NCBI GenBank assembly: GCA_965209025.1
Contig: OZ242375.1
Location: forward strand, 392,910 to 456,909
Reading direction: 5' to 3'
Origin: Acidimicrobiia bacterium
GTDB lineage: Bacteria > Actinomycetota > Acidimicrobiia > Spongiisociales > ZC4RG35
Length of the DNA stretch: 64,000 nucleotides
Under the pieces are notes generated by a model. It searched no databases. It was not told the origin of the DNA and saw nothing but the letters and a program-made list of their open reading frames with translations. This document shows, piece after piece, positions 31,224 to 41,997 of the stretch (positions are counted from its first letter, which is position 1; every line of letters begins with the position of its first letter). A program made the translations under genes and the position numbers.

Positions 31224-32399
31224 TTGATCTTGGGCTCGAGAATATGGTCTTTCACGTCCGAGTCTGTTGCGGAAGGGCACCCTGACAAGGTGGCCGATCT
31301 CATCGCCGACCGGATCCTGGACGCGGTGATGGAGGCATTTCCCGTCTTTCCCCGACCCCGGGTGGCTTGTGAGGTCCTGGTGACCGGCTCCCGCGTGATA
31401 CTTGCCGGTGAGACGTCCCATGGCCTTGACGACAGAACAGTGGAGGACACAGCTCGGCAGGCGATCTCCGATGCGGGGTACGGACCGGGCGATCCCGAGT
31501 TCCCTAGCGACGCCGTGGAGGTCATCAACCTTATCCAGCCCCAGTCCCAGGAGATCTCCGACATGGTGGTGGGGGCGGAGATCGGAGCGGGGGACCAGGG
31601 GATCATCTTCGGTTTCGCTTGCGACGAGACATCCCCGCTCATGCCTCTCCCCATCCATCTGGCGCACCAACTGGCCCGGCGGTTGGCCGAGGCGCGCCGC
31701 CTGGGGATCATTGACTACCTGCGCCCGGACGGGAAGACCCAGGTCACAGTCGAGTACGAGGGCCGGCGTCCGGCGCGGGTCACCCAAGTGGTGGTTTCGG
31801 CCCACCACCAAGATGGTGTGGACTTCCGGACCCTTCGGAAGGACATCGAGCGGGAGGTGATCCGCCCGGTGGTCCCGGCCGACCTCCTGGGGGAGGACTC
31901 CCGCTTTCTCATCAACCATTCCGGCTCCTTTGTCGCCGGGGGTCCCGCAGCCGACACGGGGCTCACCGGTCGCAAACTGGTGGTGGACACCTACGGGGGA
32001 TACGGTCCTCACGGTGGCGGGGCCCTCTCGGGCAAGGACCCCACCAAGGTGGACAGGTCGGCTTCCTATGCGGCCCGCTATGCCGCCAAGAACCTGGTGG
32101 CGGCCGGCTTGGCCCGCCGTTGCTCCCTGCAGCTCAGCTATGTGATAGGCATGCACGAGCCGCTCTCCCTCCATGTCGACTGCTACGGCACCAATACGGT
32201 GCCCCTCGAGTCCTTAGAACGGGCGCTGGGCGCAGTGCTTAGTTTCCGGCCGGGAAGGATGATCGAAGACCTCGGCCTCTGGGACATACGGTTCAGCGAC
32301 ACCACCCTCTACGGGCACTTCGGACGGGAGGACGCCGGGTTTGCCTGGGAGAACACCGATCTGGCCGAGCGGCTGAGGGCCGAGGCGCTTTCTCTGTGA
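31224..32399 (+). CDS. metK: S-adenosylmethionine synthetase
   Basis: FTSESVAEGHPDKVADLIAD...GGGAxSGKD. TTG start; the 5' end is approximate. Confidence 0.9.
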   Translation: MILGSRIWSFTSESVAEGHPDKVADLIADRILDAVMEAFPVFPRPRVACEVLVTGSRVILAGETSHGLDDRTVEDTARQAISDAGYGPGDPEFPSDAVEVINLIQPQSQEISDMVVGAEIGAGDQGIIFGFACDETSPLMPLPIHLAHQLARRLAEARRLGIIDYLRPDGKTQVTVEYEGRRPARVTQVVVSAHHQDGVDFRTLRKDIEREVIRPVVPADLLGEDSRFLINHSGSFVAGGPAADTGLTGRKLVVDTYGGYGPHGGGALSGKDPTKVDRSASYAARYAAKNLVAAGLARRCSLQLSYVIGMHEPLSLHVDCYGTNTVPLESLERALGAVLSFRPGRMIEDLGLWDIRFSDTTLYGHFGREDAGFAWENTDLAERLRAEALSL

Positions 32400-34204
32400 C
32401 TTCCGCCGTCCGGGTAGTCCCGGCGGTGGCTTCCTTCGACGTGGACCAGGGATTCTGGTATTCGGTCCCCGCCCATCTGTCCGGCAGGATCGGCCTGGGC
32501 GCCAAGGTCCGGGCGCCGTTGGGAGGAAGCCACGTTCACGGATACGTGGTGGAGTGCGGCGACCGTTCGCCCCACAAGCTCAAGCCGGTGTCCTCCGTGA
32601 GTGGTGACCTGCGGGTGTTCGACGGACCGTTACTGGCCGTGTGCCGATGGGCCGCCCATCACTATGTGACCCCGCTATCCACCATCCTGGCGAGGACCGC
32701 GCCGCCCAATGCTCCCCGAACAGTTCCCCCCGGCCAGGAGGACTCGACCCTCTCTCCGCATCTCGGTGATGACCATCCCGCGGCCAGGTTGGGTGAGGAT
32801 GTGGCGGCGGGACGTCGGAGAAGGCCGGGGTGCCTGCTCATCAACCCTTCGGACCCCGAGTGGGTCGAGCCTCTGCTGGGCCCTGCTCTCGGCGCCGGGC
32901 GATCGGTGATGGTTGTGGTGCCCACCGCCTTGGAGGAAGAGCGCACGACCCACCTGATTCAGGAGACCTTCCCCGGTCGGGTGCTGGGCGCCAGCACCCG
33001 TCATTCGGATCGTCAGAAGACCATGGTGTGGGGACAGTTGGCCACCCGGAGCGGGATGGCGCTGGTGGGGACCCCCGGGGTGGCATTCTGGCCGATGGCC
33101 GCCCCGGGCTTGGTGGTGGTGGTCGAGGACGGCCGCCGCGCGCACAAGAGCCGTCGCGCTCCCACGGTCGGCACCCGGCGGATCCTGAGGGAGAGAAGCA
33201 TCCGTGAGGGGGCGGTGTTGGCTTCGGTGGGGGCGATGCCGAGCGTGGATGTCCTTGCGCTGGGGCCCGACTTCTTTTACAGTCGTCGGCGCCGAAGGCT
33301 GTGGTCCCACATCGAGGTCGTGGACCGGCGGGAGGGCGGGAACCACGGTCTGTTCCATCCTCGGACCCTGGCGGCCCTGCGGGCGGTGACCTCGCCCAGC
33401 GGGGCTTTCGTATTTGCCCATCGACGCGGGTTCGCTCCCGCCATGCGCTGCGGAGCCTGTCGCACGTTGCGCCGGTGTCGAAGTTGCGGTGGTCGGGCGG
33501 AGAGAGGGCCGGCCTGTCAGAGGTGCGGGATGGAGTTGGGCGTCTGCCAAAAGTGTGGGGGAAACTACTTTGAACCGCTGGGCGCCGGGGTGGAACGGGT
33601 GCGCGGTGAACTCAAGCGGCGCCTGGGCGGGAGCCGGGTGGGAGTGGTGGGAGGGCGGGCGCCGATCGCAGTGGGCACCGAGGCCTCCCTTGCGGGGGCG
33701 GAGCAGTTCCAACTGGCGGTGGTGGTGGATGCCGACGGGTTGTTGCATGCCCCCCACTACCGGGCGGAGGAGGAGGCGCTCAGGGTGATGGTCCGCCTGG
33801 CCGGACACCTCTCTCCGGGAAGCGGGCGCAGGCTGATGGTGCAGACCTCCTCTCCGGCTCATCGGGTCCTCTCCGCCCTGCGCAAGGGGGAGAGTGTCGG
33901 CTTCCTCCAAGAAGAGTTGGACCGCCGGGTGGAAGCAGGTTTTCCGCCGCAGGGTCAGCTGATGGCGGTCGAGGCGCGGGGCGCCGATCCGGGGAGAGCC
34001 TCCGACCGGCTTGCGATCGAGATGAGCGGGCTCGGCAAACGCGGAGTCTCGGTGCACGGCCCGGCGGAATTCGGATCGGGGCTGCGGTGGTTGGTGGAGG
34101 GCGGCGACCTCTGGGCTGCCAAGGAGGAGATGCGGGTTCTGGCTTCCCGGTGGCGGAAGAGGGGACTTGTGGTGCGGATCGACGCCGATCCCATCGACTT
34201 GTAG
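32396..34204 (+). CDS. priA: primosomal protein N' (PriA)
   Basis: 602 aa with a CxxC...CxxC...CxxC...CxxC zinc-finger insertion. Helicase core with a degenerate Walker A. The GTGA start overlaps the metK stop. Confidence 0.8.
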   Translation: MTSAVRVVPAVASFDVDQGFWYSVPAHLSGRIGLGAKVRAPLGGSHVHGYVVECGDRSPHKLKPVSSVSGDLRVFDGPLLAVCRWAAHHYVTPLSTILARTAPPNAPRTVPPGQEDSTLSPHLGDDHPAARLGEDVAAGRRRRPGCLLINPSDPEWVEPLLGPALGAGRSVMVVVPTALEEERTTHLIQETFPGRVLGASTRHSDRQKTMVWGQLATRSGMALVGTPGVAFWPMAAPGLVVVVEDGRRAHKSRRAPTVGTRRILRERSIREGAVLASVGAMPSVDVLALGPDFFYSRRRRRLWSHIEVVDRREGGNHGLFHPRTLAALRAVTSPSGAFVFAHRRGFAPAMRCGACRTLRRCRSCGGRAERGPACQRCGMELGVCQKCGGNYFEPLGAGVERVRGELKRRLGGSRVGVVGGRAPIAVGTEASLAGAEQFQLAVVVDADGLLHAPHYRAEEEALRVMVRLAGHLSPGSGRRLMVQTSSPAHRVLSALRKGESVGFLQEELDRRVEAGFPPQGQLMAVEARGADPGRASDRLAIEMSGLGKRGVSVHGPAEFGSGLRWLVEGGDLWAAKEEMRVLASRWRKRGLVVRIDADPIDL

Positions 34205-34219
34205 GATCATCAGGGACCC

Positions 34220-34714
34220 ATGGCCATACTTCCCATCCGTGTCTTCGGTGACCCCATCCTCCGTTCGGTGGCGACGCCGGTGACCGAGATTGACGGAAGG
34301 ATCAAGAAGTTGGTGGACGACATGGTCGAGACCATGTACGACGCTCCCGGTGTGGGGCTGGCCGCACCCCAGGTCGGGGTCGGGCGGCGGGTCTTCGTTT
34401 TCGACATCGACGATGAACTGGGGCCTCGGGTAGTAATCAATCCGCAGTTGGCAGAGACCGCGGGGGAGTGGGAGTACAACGAGGGGTGTCTCTCGGTGCC
34501 CGAGTACTTCTGGCCCATCCTCCGCCCGGCGGTGGCAGTGGTGAGAGGACTGGACCTGGACGGAAACGAGGTGACATACGAAGGGGATGAACTGATGGGC
34601 AGGGTCCTACAGCACGAGATGGACCACCTGAACGGGATGCTGCTGCTGGACCGTCTCAACCGCGGCGAGCGACGAAAGGCCCTGCGGGAGATCAGGGAAG
34701 CGGCCTTGGGGTAA
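34220..34714 (+). CDS. def: peptide deformylase
   Basis: GVGLAAPQVG, EGCLSVP and QHEMDHL motifs. Confidence 0.95.
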   Translation: MAILPIRVFGDPILRSVATPVTEIDGRIKKLVDDMVETMYDAPGVGLAAPQVGVGRRVFVFDIDDELGPRVVINPQLAETAGEWEYNEGCLSVPEYFWPILRPAVAVVRGLDLDGNEVTYEGDELMGRVLQHEMDHLNGMLLLDRLNRGERRKALREIREAALG

Positions 34715-34740
34715 TCGGGAGCACTCCACCCTCGGGGCGG

Positions 34741-35676
34741 GTGGTCTTCCTGGGAACCCCCGTAGCCGCGGTCCCCGCCCTCCGCGCCCTGGCGGAGAAT
34801 GCCGATGTGGCCCTGGTCGTAACCCGTCCGGACCGGAGGCGGGGGAGATCGGGGAGGAAGACGCCCTCGGAGGTAAAGAAAGCGGCCTTGGATCTGGGCT
34901 TGGCCACCGCCTGTCCCACCGACCGGGCCGGACTCGAAGAGGCTCTGGAGTCGGTTGTCCCCTTCCATCTGGGGGTGGTGGTTGCCTACGGGATGTTGCT
35001 CACCCGGTCGATGCTGGAACGCGCCGAGGCGGGGTTCGTGAATGTTCACTTCTCGCTGTTGCCCCGGTGGCGGGGCGCCGCTCCGGTAGCGGCCGCCATC
35101 CGCGCTGGAGACGGGGTCACCGGGGTGAGCCTGATGCGCGTCACCGAGGGCCTGGATTCGGGGCCGGTGCTGGCCGTCGCAACCCATCCGATCACCGAGA
35201 GGGACACCCGGGGAGGACTCACCGAACGCCTCTCCCACGTGGGCGCCGACCTGTTGGTCGCCAACCTGGCCGGGGCGATCTCCGGGGAGGTGGCGGGGAC
35301 ACCCCAGCACGAACCCGACGCCACATACGCTCCCCGGCTGTCGGCCGGTGACGCCCGCTTGGACTTCACCAAGCCCGGGCAGGAACTTGCCCGCCAGGTG
35401 AGGGCGATGTCTCCCCGCCCGGGGGCCTTTGCCTGGTGGGGGGAGAAGCGGATGCGTATCCTGGACGCCCGATGGTCGCCCGACCCTCCCACGCCGCTCG
35501 AGGCCGGTGTGATGGCTTTGGCGAGGGGAGGACTGTGGTGCGGCGCCGGACGCGGGGCTCTGGTCCTGGAGGTCGTCCAGCCTCCGGGCAGGCGGCCTAT
35601 GCCGGGTGCGGACTGGGCAAGAGGAGTCCGAAGCGGGCTGGGACGGTTGTCGGGGGCCGGTCCATCCCAGAGTTAG
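34741..35676 (+). CDS. fmt: methionyl-tRNA formyltransferase
   Basis: VVFLGTP...HFSLLPRWRGAAP. Confidence 0.9.
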   Translation: MVFLGTPVAAVPALRALAENADVALVVTRPDRRRGRSGRKTPSEVKKAALDLGLATACPTDRAGLEEALESVVPFHLGVVVAYGMLLTRSMLERAEAGFVNVHFSLLPRWRGAAPVAAAIRAGDGVTGVSLMRVTEGLDSGPVLAVATHPITERDTRGGLTERLSHVGADLLVANLAGAISGEVAGTPQHEPDATYAPRLSAGDARLDFTKPGQELARQVRAMSPRPGAFAWWGEKRMRILDARWSPDPPTPLEAGVMALARGGLWCGAGRGALVLEVVQPPGRRPMPGADWARGVRSGLGRLSGAGPSQS

Positions 35677-35686
35677 TCTTGGCCGC

Positions 35687-36373
35687 GTGAGCAGGAAGAT
35701 TCGCGTGGCCCCTTCGGTGCTGGCCGCTGACTTGGGACGACTCCGATCGGAGATGGAGAGAGTGGACCGCCACGTCGAGATGTTCCACCTCGATGTGATG
35801 GACGGCCTCTACGTGCCCAATCTCACCTTCGGCGCGCCGGTGATCGAGAAGGTCCGCCCCGCGGTGGATGCCTTCTTCGACTGCCATCTGATGGTTTGTG
35901 AGCCTCTCGGGTTGTTCGAAGCCCTGGCGAAGGCGGGTGCCGATCATGTCACCCTGCACACCGACGTGTGTCCCGACCCGACCGAGGCGGGAAGCCTTGC
36001 CCGGAGACTGGGGATGGGATTCGGCCTGGCCCTTTCTCCGGCGGTGGCGCCTGCCGTGATTCGCCCCTATCTGGCCGGACTGGACATGGTGGTGGTGATG
36101 TCGGTGGAACCGGGATTCGGGGGGCAGGCGTTCATCCCGGAGACCCTCTCCAAGGTGGAGACAATCCGACGCTGGATAGATGAAGAAGGGTTGAATACGG
36201 CCCTGCAGATAGACGGTGGCATCACGCCCCAGACCGCCCCTCTGGCGGCGGCCGCCGGAGCTGATGTCTTCGTGGCGGGCACCGCCATCTTCGGCCGTGC
36301 AGACCCGGTCGAGGCGGTTGGAATGTTGCGGCGTTCCATCTCGGCTGCCATGTCTCCTGCGGACGGAGGCTAG
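35687..36373 (+). CDS. rpe: ribulose-phosphate 3-epimerase
   Basis: APSVLAADL...HLDVMDG...GG. GTG start 11 nt after the fmt stop. Confidence 0.85.
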   Translation: MSRKIRVAPSVLAADLGRLRSEMERVDRHVEMFHLDVMDGLYVPNLTFGAPVIEKVRPAVDAFFDCHLMVCEPLGLFEALAKAGADHVTLHTDVCPDPTEAGSLARRLGMGFGLALSPAVAPAVIRPYLAGLDMVVVMSVEPGFGGQAFIPETLSKVETIRRWIDEEGLNTALQIDGGITPQTAPLAAAAGADVFVAGTAIFGRADPVEAVGMLRRSISAAMSPADGG

Positions 36374-36379
36374 GCCGGA

Positions 36380-37459
36380 ATGGGGCCCGTCATCGCCGAA
36401 CGGCGGCGGTTGCTCCGCCGGGCCCTGAGGGAGGCGGCCGGGGCCCGTCCCCACCCCAATCCGCGGGTGGGCGCCCTGGTGATGGACTCTGGTGGACAAC
36501 TGGTTGGAACCGGTGTGCATCAGGGTCCCGGCACGCCCCACGCCGAGACGTTGGCCCTGGACGAGGCGGGTCCCCGGGCCCGGGGAGGGACCCTGATCAC
36601 CACCCTGGAGCCCTGTGCGCACTCCGGACGCACTCCTCCCTGTGTCGACCGGATCACGAACTCGGGAGTGGTGGCGGTCGTGGTCGGCGCAGACGATCCC
36701 GACCGGAGGGTCTCGGGACGCGGCAGGGCCATCTTGGAGGAGGTGGGGATGGAGGTGGCCGGGCCCTTGTTGACCGATGAGGTGGAAGCGGCAGATCCAG
36801 CCTATTTCCATCACCGCCGGACCGGACGACCCCGTTTCACCCTCAAGGCCGCCGCCACCCTGGACGGCTGGACCGCCGCCCGTGACGGAACCTCCCAATG
36901 GATATCGGGGCCGGCCGCTCGCCGGGACGGTCATCGTCTACGGGCGTCCGCCGACGCGGTGATGGTAGGCGCCGGCACCCTCCGGGCCGACGATCCCCGG
37001 CTGACGGTGCGGCTTGAGGGCGCTCGGACTCCCCAGCCGCTGGCGGTGGTGGTGGCCGGGCGGGCTCGGTTGCCGCCGGTCCGCAAGGTGTGGGACAGGA
37101 GTCCTCTGGTGGTTGCCCCCCAGCCCACCGACGTCGTACCGCCGGACCTTCAGGTGATCGCCCCTGGTGGGGAGGGACTGGTGGACTTGGCCCGTGCGGC
37201 CATGGCGTTGGGCAAGCGGGGACTGCTGGAGGTGCTGGTGGAAGGAGGCCCGCGGCTGGCAGGTGCTTTGTGGTCGGTCGGCCTGATCGACCGGGGGGTG
37301 TTCTACATGGCGGCGCGGGTGGCCGGAGGCGAGGGTATGCCGGTTATGCAGGGGCCATTCTCCACTTTGTTGGACTCCCGGGAGGTCATAATTGAGGATG
37401 TGAGGCGGGTGGGAGAAGACCTTCGAGTAGAGTGGCGGCCCCGGAAGGAGAGCGCCTGA
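36380..37459 (+). CDS. ribD: riboflavin biosynthesis deaminase/reductase RibD
   Basis: HAE...TLEPCAHSGRTPPC deaminase zinc site plus a C-terminal reductase domain. Confidence 0.9.
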   Translation: MGPVIAERRRLLRRALREAAGARPHPNPRVGALVMDSGGQLVGTGVHQGPGTPHAETLALDEAGPRARGGTLITTLEPCAHSGRTPPCVDRITNSGVVAVVVGADDPDRRVSGRGRAILEEVGMEVAGPLLTDEVEAADPAYFHHRRTGRPRFTLKAAATLDGWTAARDGTSQWISGPAARRDGHRLRASADAVMVGAGTLRADDPRLTVRLEGARTPQPLAVVVAGRARLPPVRKVWDRSPLVVAPQPTDVVPPDLQVIAPGGEGLVDLARAAMALGKRGLLEVLVEGGPRLAGALWSVGLIDRGVFYMAARVAGGEGMPVMQGPFSTLLDSREVIIEDVRRVGEDLRVEWRPRKESA

Positions 37460-38052
37460 TGTTCACTGGGATCGTGGCCGAGGTGGGGCGGGTGATTGGA
37501 TGTGAGGAGACCGACCGGGGCAGTCGGCTGACCATAGAGGCGTCGGGAGTCACCGAGGACCTGGAGGTGGGGGACTCGGTGGCCGTCAACGGGATATGCC
37601 TGACCGCGGTGGCGGTCGAGCCTCCGGGGTTCCGGGTGGAGGCGGTGGCGGAGACCCTTTCCCGAACCAATCTGGGTGAAGCGGATGAGGGATCGTCGGT
37701 GAACCTCGAGCGTCCGGTCCGGTTGGGTGGCAGACTCGACGGGCATGTCGTGCAGGGACATGTCGACGGGGTGGGCTTGGTGCTCGGCATCCAGCCGGAG
37801 GGCGACAGCCGGAGAGTCGCTCTGTCTGTTCCCGAAGAACTGGAACGTTATCTCGTCTACAAGGGTTCGGTGGCTGTGGACGGTGTGGCCCTGACCGTGA
37901 CCGCAGTCACCGGAGGGTCATTCGAAGTCGCCCTGATCCCCCACACCCTGGCATCGACCACCCTGGGTTCTTGGAAGGTGGGGGACAAAGCTAATATCGA
38001 AGTGGACATCCTGGCCAAATACGTCGAGAAACTACTGGTGATCAGAACGTGA
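37459..38052 (+). CDS. ribE: riboflavin synthase
   Basis: MFTGIVAEVGRV with two lumazine-binding repeats. The ATG overlaps the ribD stop. Confidence 0.9.
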   Translation: MFTGIVAEVGRVIGCEETDRGSRLTIEASGVTEDLEVGDSVAVNGICLTAVAVEPPGFRVEAVAETLSRTNLGEADEGSSVNLERPVRLGGRLDGHVVQGHVDGVGLVLGIQPEGDSRRVALSVPEELERYLVYKGSVAVDGVALTVTAVTGGSFEVALIPHTLASTTLGSWKVGDKANIEVDILAKYVEKLLVIRT

Positions 38053-39266
38053 ACTTCGCAACAATCCCCGAGCTAATCGAAGAAATCCGCGAGGGGCGGA
38101 TGGTGATCGTGGTGGACGATCCCGATCGGGAAAACGAGGGGGACCTGATAGTGGCCGCCGAGAAGATCACCGCCAAGCAGATGGGGTTCCTGATCCGCCA
38201 CACCAGCGGGATCGTCTGCCTTCCCATCATCGGAGAGCGTCTCGACGAACTGGAGATACCCCTGATGATCCCCCAGACCTATCCCTCCGAGGAGAGCACC
38301 GCCTTCACCGTGGCGGTGGACGCTCGCCACGGGGTCACCACGGGGATTTCGGCCACCGACCGCACCCGGACGGTGCATGCGATTCTCGATCCTGAGACCC
38401 GCCCCCAGGACATCGACCGGCCCGGTCATGTCTACCCCCTCCGCTACCGGCCGGGAGGAGTGCTCAGGCGCGCCGGCCATACGGAGGCGTCGGTCGACCT
38501 TGCCCGCCTGGCGGGCCTCTACCCGGCGGGGGTTATCGCCGAGGTGATGAACGACCATGGCGAGGTCGCCAAGCTGGAGGACCTGCAGCGCTTCGCCAAG
38601 GAACACGGCCTGCTGATCGGATCGGTCGCCGACCTGATCTCCTACCGGCGCCGGACCGAGGGAAAGCTGGTGAAGCGGGTGGTGGGCGCCCGAGTTCCCA
38701 CCACGCTGGGAGTTTTCCAATCGGTGGGGTATCACTCCCTGGTGGACGGTCGGCAGCATATGGCGATGGTGATGGGCGACATAGGGGATGGGGAGGACGT
38801 GTTGGTGAGGGTTCATTCCGAATGCCTGACCGGCGACGTGTTCGCCAGCGTTCGCTGTGATTGCGGGGAACAGTTGAACCTGGCGCTGACCAGAGTGGCG
38901 GAGGAGGGGCGGGGAGTGGTGCTTTACATCAGGGGACACGAGGGCCGGGGAATCGGGCTGTTCCCGAAGCTTGTCGCCTACAACCTTCAGGACGAGGGAC
39001 TGGACACGGTGGACGCCAACCAGCACATGGGGCTCCCGGTGGACTCCCGTGACTACGGGGTGGGGGCCCAGATCCTCTATGACCTGGGAGTCAGGACCAT
39101 GAAGCTACTCACCAACAATCCGGTCAAGCGAGGAGGGATCGAGGGTTACGGGTTGACCATTAAAGAGAGGGTTCCGTTGGTGGTGACTCCCAACGAGCAC
39201 AACCGCCAGTACCTGGAGACCAAGGCCGCCCGGCTAGGCCATCGTTACCACCCGGATCCCAGATAG
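38049..39266 (+). CDS. ribBA: bifunctional 3,4-dihydroxy-2-butanone-4-phosphate synthase / GTP cyclohydrolase II
   Basis: DDPDRENEGDL (RibB) followed by CxxGxxxxCDCG (RibA). Confidence 0.9.
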   Translation: MNFATIPELIEEIREGRMVIVVDDPDRENEGDLIVAAEKITAKQMGFLIRHTSGIVCLPIIGERLDELEIPLMIPQTYPSEESTAFTVAVDARHGVTTGISATDRTRTVHAILDPETRPQDIDRPGHVYPLRYRPGGVLRRAGHTEASVDLARLAGLYPAGVIAEVMNDHGEVAKLEDLQRFAKEHGLLIGSVADLISYRRRTEGKLVKRVVGARVPTTLGVFQSVGYHSLVDGRQHMAMVMGDIGDGEDVLVRVHSECLTGDVFASVRCDCGEQLNLALTRVAEEGRGVVLYIRGHEGRGIGLFPKLVAYNLQDEGLDTVDANQHMGLPVDSRDYGVGAQILYDLGVRTMKLLTNNPVKRGGIEGYGLTIKERVPLVVTPNEHNRQYLETKAARLGHRYHPDPR

Positions 39267-39299
39267 GCACCGCCTGGAGATACAGCCAGGCGGGCCAAA

Positions 39300-40850
39300 T
39301 CAGCCCGGTCGGCGAAGTACCCGGCCGGCGGTTGTGTCGGCCAGGCGGCCCGCTTCTATGGCCGCCCGACCGTTGACGAAGACGTAATCCATTCCCACCG
39401 CGTTGGAGCGGGGGCGCCGGAACGTCGCCCGGTCCTCGAAGGCGGCCGGGTCGAACACCGCCAGGTCGGCGGCGGCGCCGGGCCGGATAACCCCCCGATC
39501 AGTGAGGCCGTATCGGGCGGCCGGCATGCTTGTCATCCGCCGTATCGCGTCCGAGAATTCCAGCCATCCCTTCTCCCTCACCAGCCGGGCCAGCACCAGT
39601 GCATTGGTGCCGAACCCTCGGGGATGCGGATGGCTCCCCAGGAAGACGCCGTCGGATGCGACCATTCCCAACGGATGGGTCATGGCCCGGCGCAACTTGG
39701 CCTCGTCGTTCCAGCGGTACACCATCAGCACGTCCATCCGGCACGCCACTAACAACCGGCAGACTGTCTCGCTCAGCGTCCCACCCATGGCATCGATCGC
39801 GTCCTGCAGGGAGCGGCCCTCAAGGTAGCGGTGAGGGCCCTCGGGGAGGTATGAGAAAAAGGCGTCACCGGGCCGGGCGACATAACTGGAGAAGAAACTC
39901 TCGACGTCGGGGGCCACCCTCGATTGGACCTCGGGGTCCGCCAGCACCTGGGCGACCCGCTCGGGCGGACCCTGATCGACCCACTGGGGAAGGGAATAGG
40001 CCAGGTGGCTGCTGGCCGCCATGTAGGGGTAGGCGTCGAAGGTGACGTCTATACCCTCCTCTCGCGCTTCCACGAGTTCCTGGTAGAGCCGTTCGGATCC
40101 GAACAGATGGGAGATGTGCACCGGGACTTCCGCGGCCCGCCCGACCGAGAGCGCCTCGCGCACGCCGGGTACAACTTCCCCCCGGTTGCCCCTCACGTGT
40201 GACCCGTAGGTGCCGCCGTACTCGTTGACCACCCGCGCCACAGCCACCAACTCCTCTGTGGCTGCATGTCCGGAGGGGAAGTAGTCGAGGCCCGTCTGGA
40301 TGCCGCGCGCCCCCTGCTCCATGACCTGGCGGGTGAGTTCCTGCATTCGTTCGATCTCCGCGGGAGTGGCCGGACGGGGATCCCATCCCACCGCCTCCGC
40401 CCGTACCGCGTTGAACCCCACCTGGGGAATGAGATTGATCCCTATCCGCCCGTCGTACAGGTCCCAGTACTCGACGGCGTCGGACCACTCCCACTCGGCG
40501 TCCGGCGGCCCGATGAACCTTGCCAGGTACGCCTTCATCTCGGCCAGACGGGACGGCGAGAGCGGGGCATAGGCGAAACCGTCAGGCCCCATCAGGTCGG
40601 TGGTGACTCCCTGCCGGAGGCGGGGTTCCAGTCCCTCCCCTCTCAGCAGGGCGAACTCCGAATGGGAGTGGACATCTATGAAGCCGGGACAGATGACGAG
40701 GCCGCTGGCATCGACCGCTCGGTGGGCTCCCTCGCGGTCGAGGCGTCCGACGGCCGTTATGCGGTCTCCGGCCAGACCCACATCCGCACCGAAGCCGGGG
40801 CGCCCGGTCCCGTCGATTACCGTGCCTCCGGTCAGTACCCAATCGAACAT
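39300..40850 (-). CDS. N-acyl-D-amino-acid deacylase family amidohydrolase
   Basis: MFDWVLTGGTVIDGTG...GFIDVHSH. About 516 aa, D-aminoacylase architecture. Confidence 0.75.
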   Translation of the reverse strand: MFDWVLTGGTVIDGTGRPGFGADVGLAGDRITAVGRLDREGAHRAVDASGLVICPGFIDVHSHSEFALLRGEGLEPRLRQGVTTDLMGPDGFAYAPLSPSRLAEMKAYLARFIGPPDAEWEWSDAVEYWDLYDGRIGINLIPQVGFNAVRAEAVGWDPRPATPAEIERMQELTRQVMEQGARGIQTGLDYFPSGHAATEELVAVARVVNEYGGTYGSHVRGNRGEVVPGVREALSVGRAAEVPVHISHLFGSERLYQELVEAREEGIDVTFDAYPYMAASSHLAYSLPQWVDQGPPERVAQVLADPEVQSRVAPDVESFFSSYVARPGDAFFSYLPEGPHRYLEGRSLQDAIDAMGGTLSETVCRLLVACRMDVLMVYRWNDEAKLRRAMTHPLGMVASDGVFLGSHPHPRGFGTNALVLARLVREKGWLEFSDAIRRMTSMPAARYGLTDRGVIRPGAAADLAVFDPAAFEDRATFRRPRSNAVGMDYVFVNGRAAIEAGRLADTTAGRVLRRPG

Positions 40851-40923
40851 GCCGTTCCCCTACTTCGCTGCCGTCTCCGATGGTACTTAAGGTTTGGTAT
40901 ACAGACGGGTGGCCGAAAGGGAT

Positions 40924-41997
40924 TCAGATGGTGATGACCAGTTTGCCGACGTGGTTCTTGGTCAGAAAGGCCTTCTGCGCGGCGTGGATCTCCCCCAGTG
41001 GATATGAGCCTCCCACGATCGCCCGGACCGATCCTTCCTCGATGTAGCGCACCAGATCCCCGAAGACCTGGGGGTCATAGACCGTTGCCCCATGGAGGGT
41101 GAGGTCCTTCAGATACAAGGTGCGCAGATCGAGTTCCACCATGGGTCCGGCTATGGCGCCTGAGGTAACGTACCTTCCTCCATGGCGCAGCACCTCCAGC
41201 CAACCGCCGAAGTCGTCACCTCCGACAACGTCGGCCACCACATGGAAGGGGCCTCGGTTGGCCTCCACCGCAGCTTCGGGAACCCGACCGGGCTGTCGAG
41301 CCACCATGTGGTCGGCACCGAGTCCCTCGACCTCAGCCAGTTTGGAGACCCCCGCTATGCCCACGACCTGCGCGCCACGGAGCTTGGCGAGTTGAACCAG
41401 GGCGCTACCCACCCCTCCGGACGCTCCCGGGACCGCCACCGTCTCTCCCTCGCGAAGACCTGCCAGCGCCAGCATGTGCTCGGCGGTCGACCACGAACAG
41501 GGAAAGGCGGCCAGTTCCACATCCGAGAGGTTGCTGGAGACCGGATAGACGTTCTCGCCGGGCACAGCGCAGTACTCGGCGAAGCCGCCGTCCAGTTCGC
41601 TCCCCACATAGCCCGCCAATGCCGGATCGTCTGGACGGCGCCGGTCTCGCAGGCATGGGTCCACCAGCACTCGGCGGCCCATGAGTCGGGGGTTGGCCCC
41701 TTCTCCGACCTCCACCACCCGCCCCACCACATCGGAGCCCTGAATGCGGGGGAAGGACAGCCCCCTGCGGCTCCAGCCCACGTCCGTGACGTCGGCCTCG
41801 TCGTATCCGGACTCCTTTGTGGCGGTGGTTATGGAACGGCTGTACCAACCGACCCGGGTGTTGATGTCAGAGTTGTTGAGACCGCAGGCGGCAACCCGCA
41901 CGACCACATCTCCCCGGCCGGCGCGGGGCACTGGTGTGTCGTCCCGGACCTCCAACATCTCAGGCCCACCGATTCCTGTGAGAAGCGCGGCTCTCAT
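40924..41997 (-). CDS. MDR-superfamily NADPH:quinone oxidoreductase / alcohol dehydrogenase-like
   Basis: MRAALLTGIGGPEMLEV... with a GxGxxG nucleotide fold. The start is taken at the internal ATG of a longer ORF. Confidence 0.7.
   Translation of the reverse strand: MRAALLTGIGGPEMLEVRDDTPVPRAGRGDVVVRVAACGLNNSDINTRVGWYSRSITTATKESGYDEADVTDVGWSRRGLSFPRIQGSDVVGRVVEVGEGANPRLMGRRVLVDPCLRDRRRPDDPALAGYVGSELDGGFAEYCAVPGENVYPVSSNLSDVELAAFPCSWSTAEHMLALAGLREGETVAVPGASGGVGSALVQLAKLRGAQVVGIAGVSKLAEVEGLGADHMVARQPGRVPEAAVEANRGPFHVVADVVGGDDFGGWLEVLRHGGRYVTSGAIAGPMVELDLRTLYLKDLTLHGATVYDPQVFGDLVRYIEEGSVRAIVGGSYPLGEIHAAQKAFLTKNHVGKLVITI

Noticed and set aside
36374-36379. FMN riboswitch expected upstream of ribD.
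   Set aside because: Only 6 nt separate rpe and ribD. rib genes are co-transcribed with rpe as in mycobacteria, so there is no room for an RFN element.
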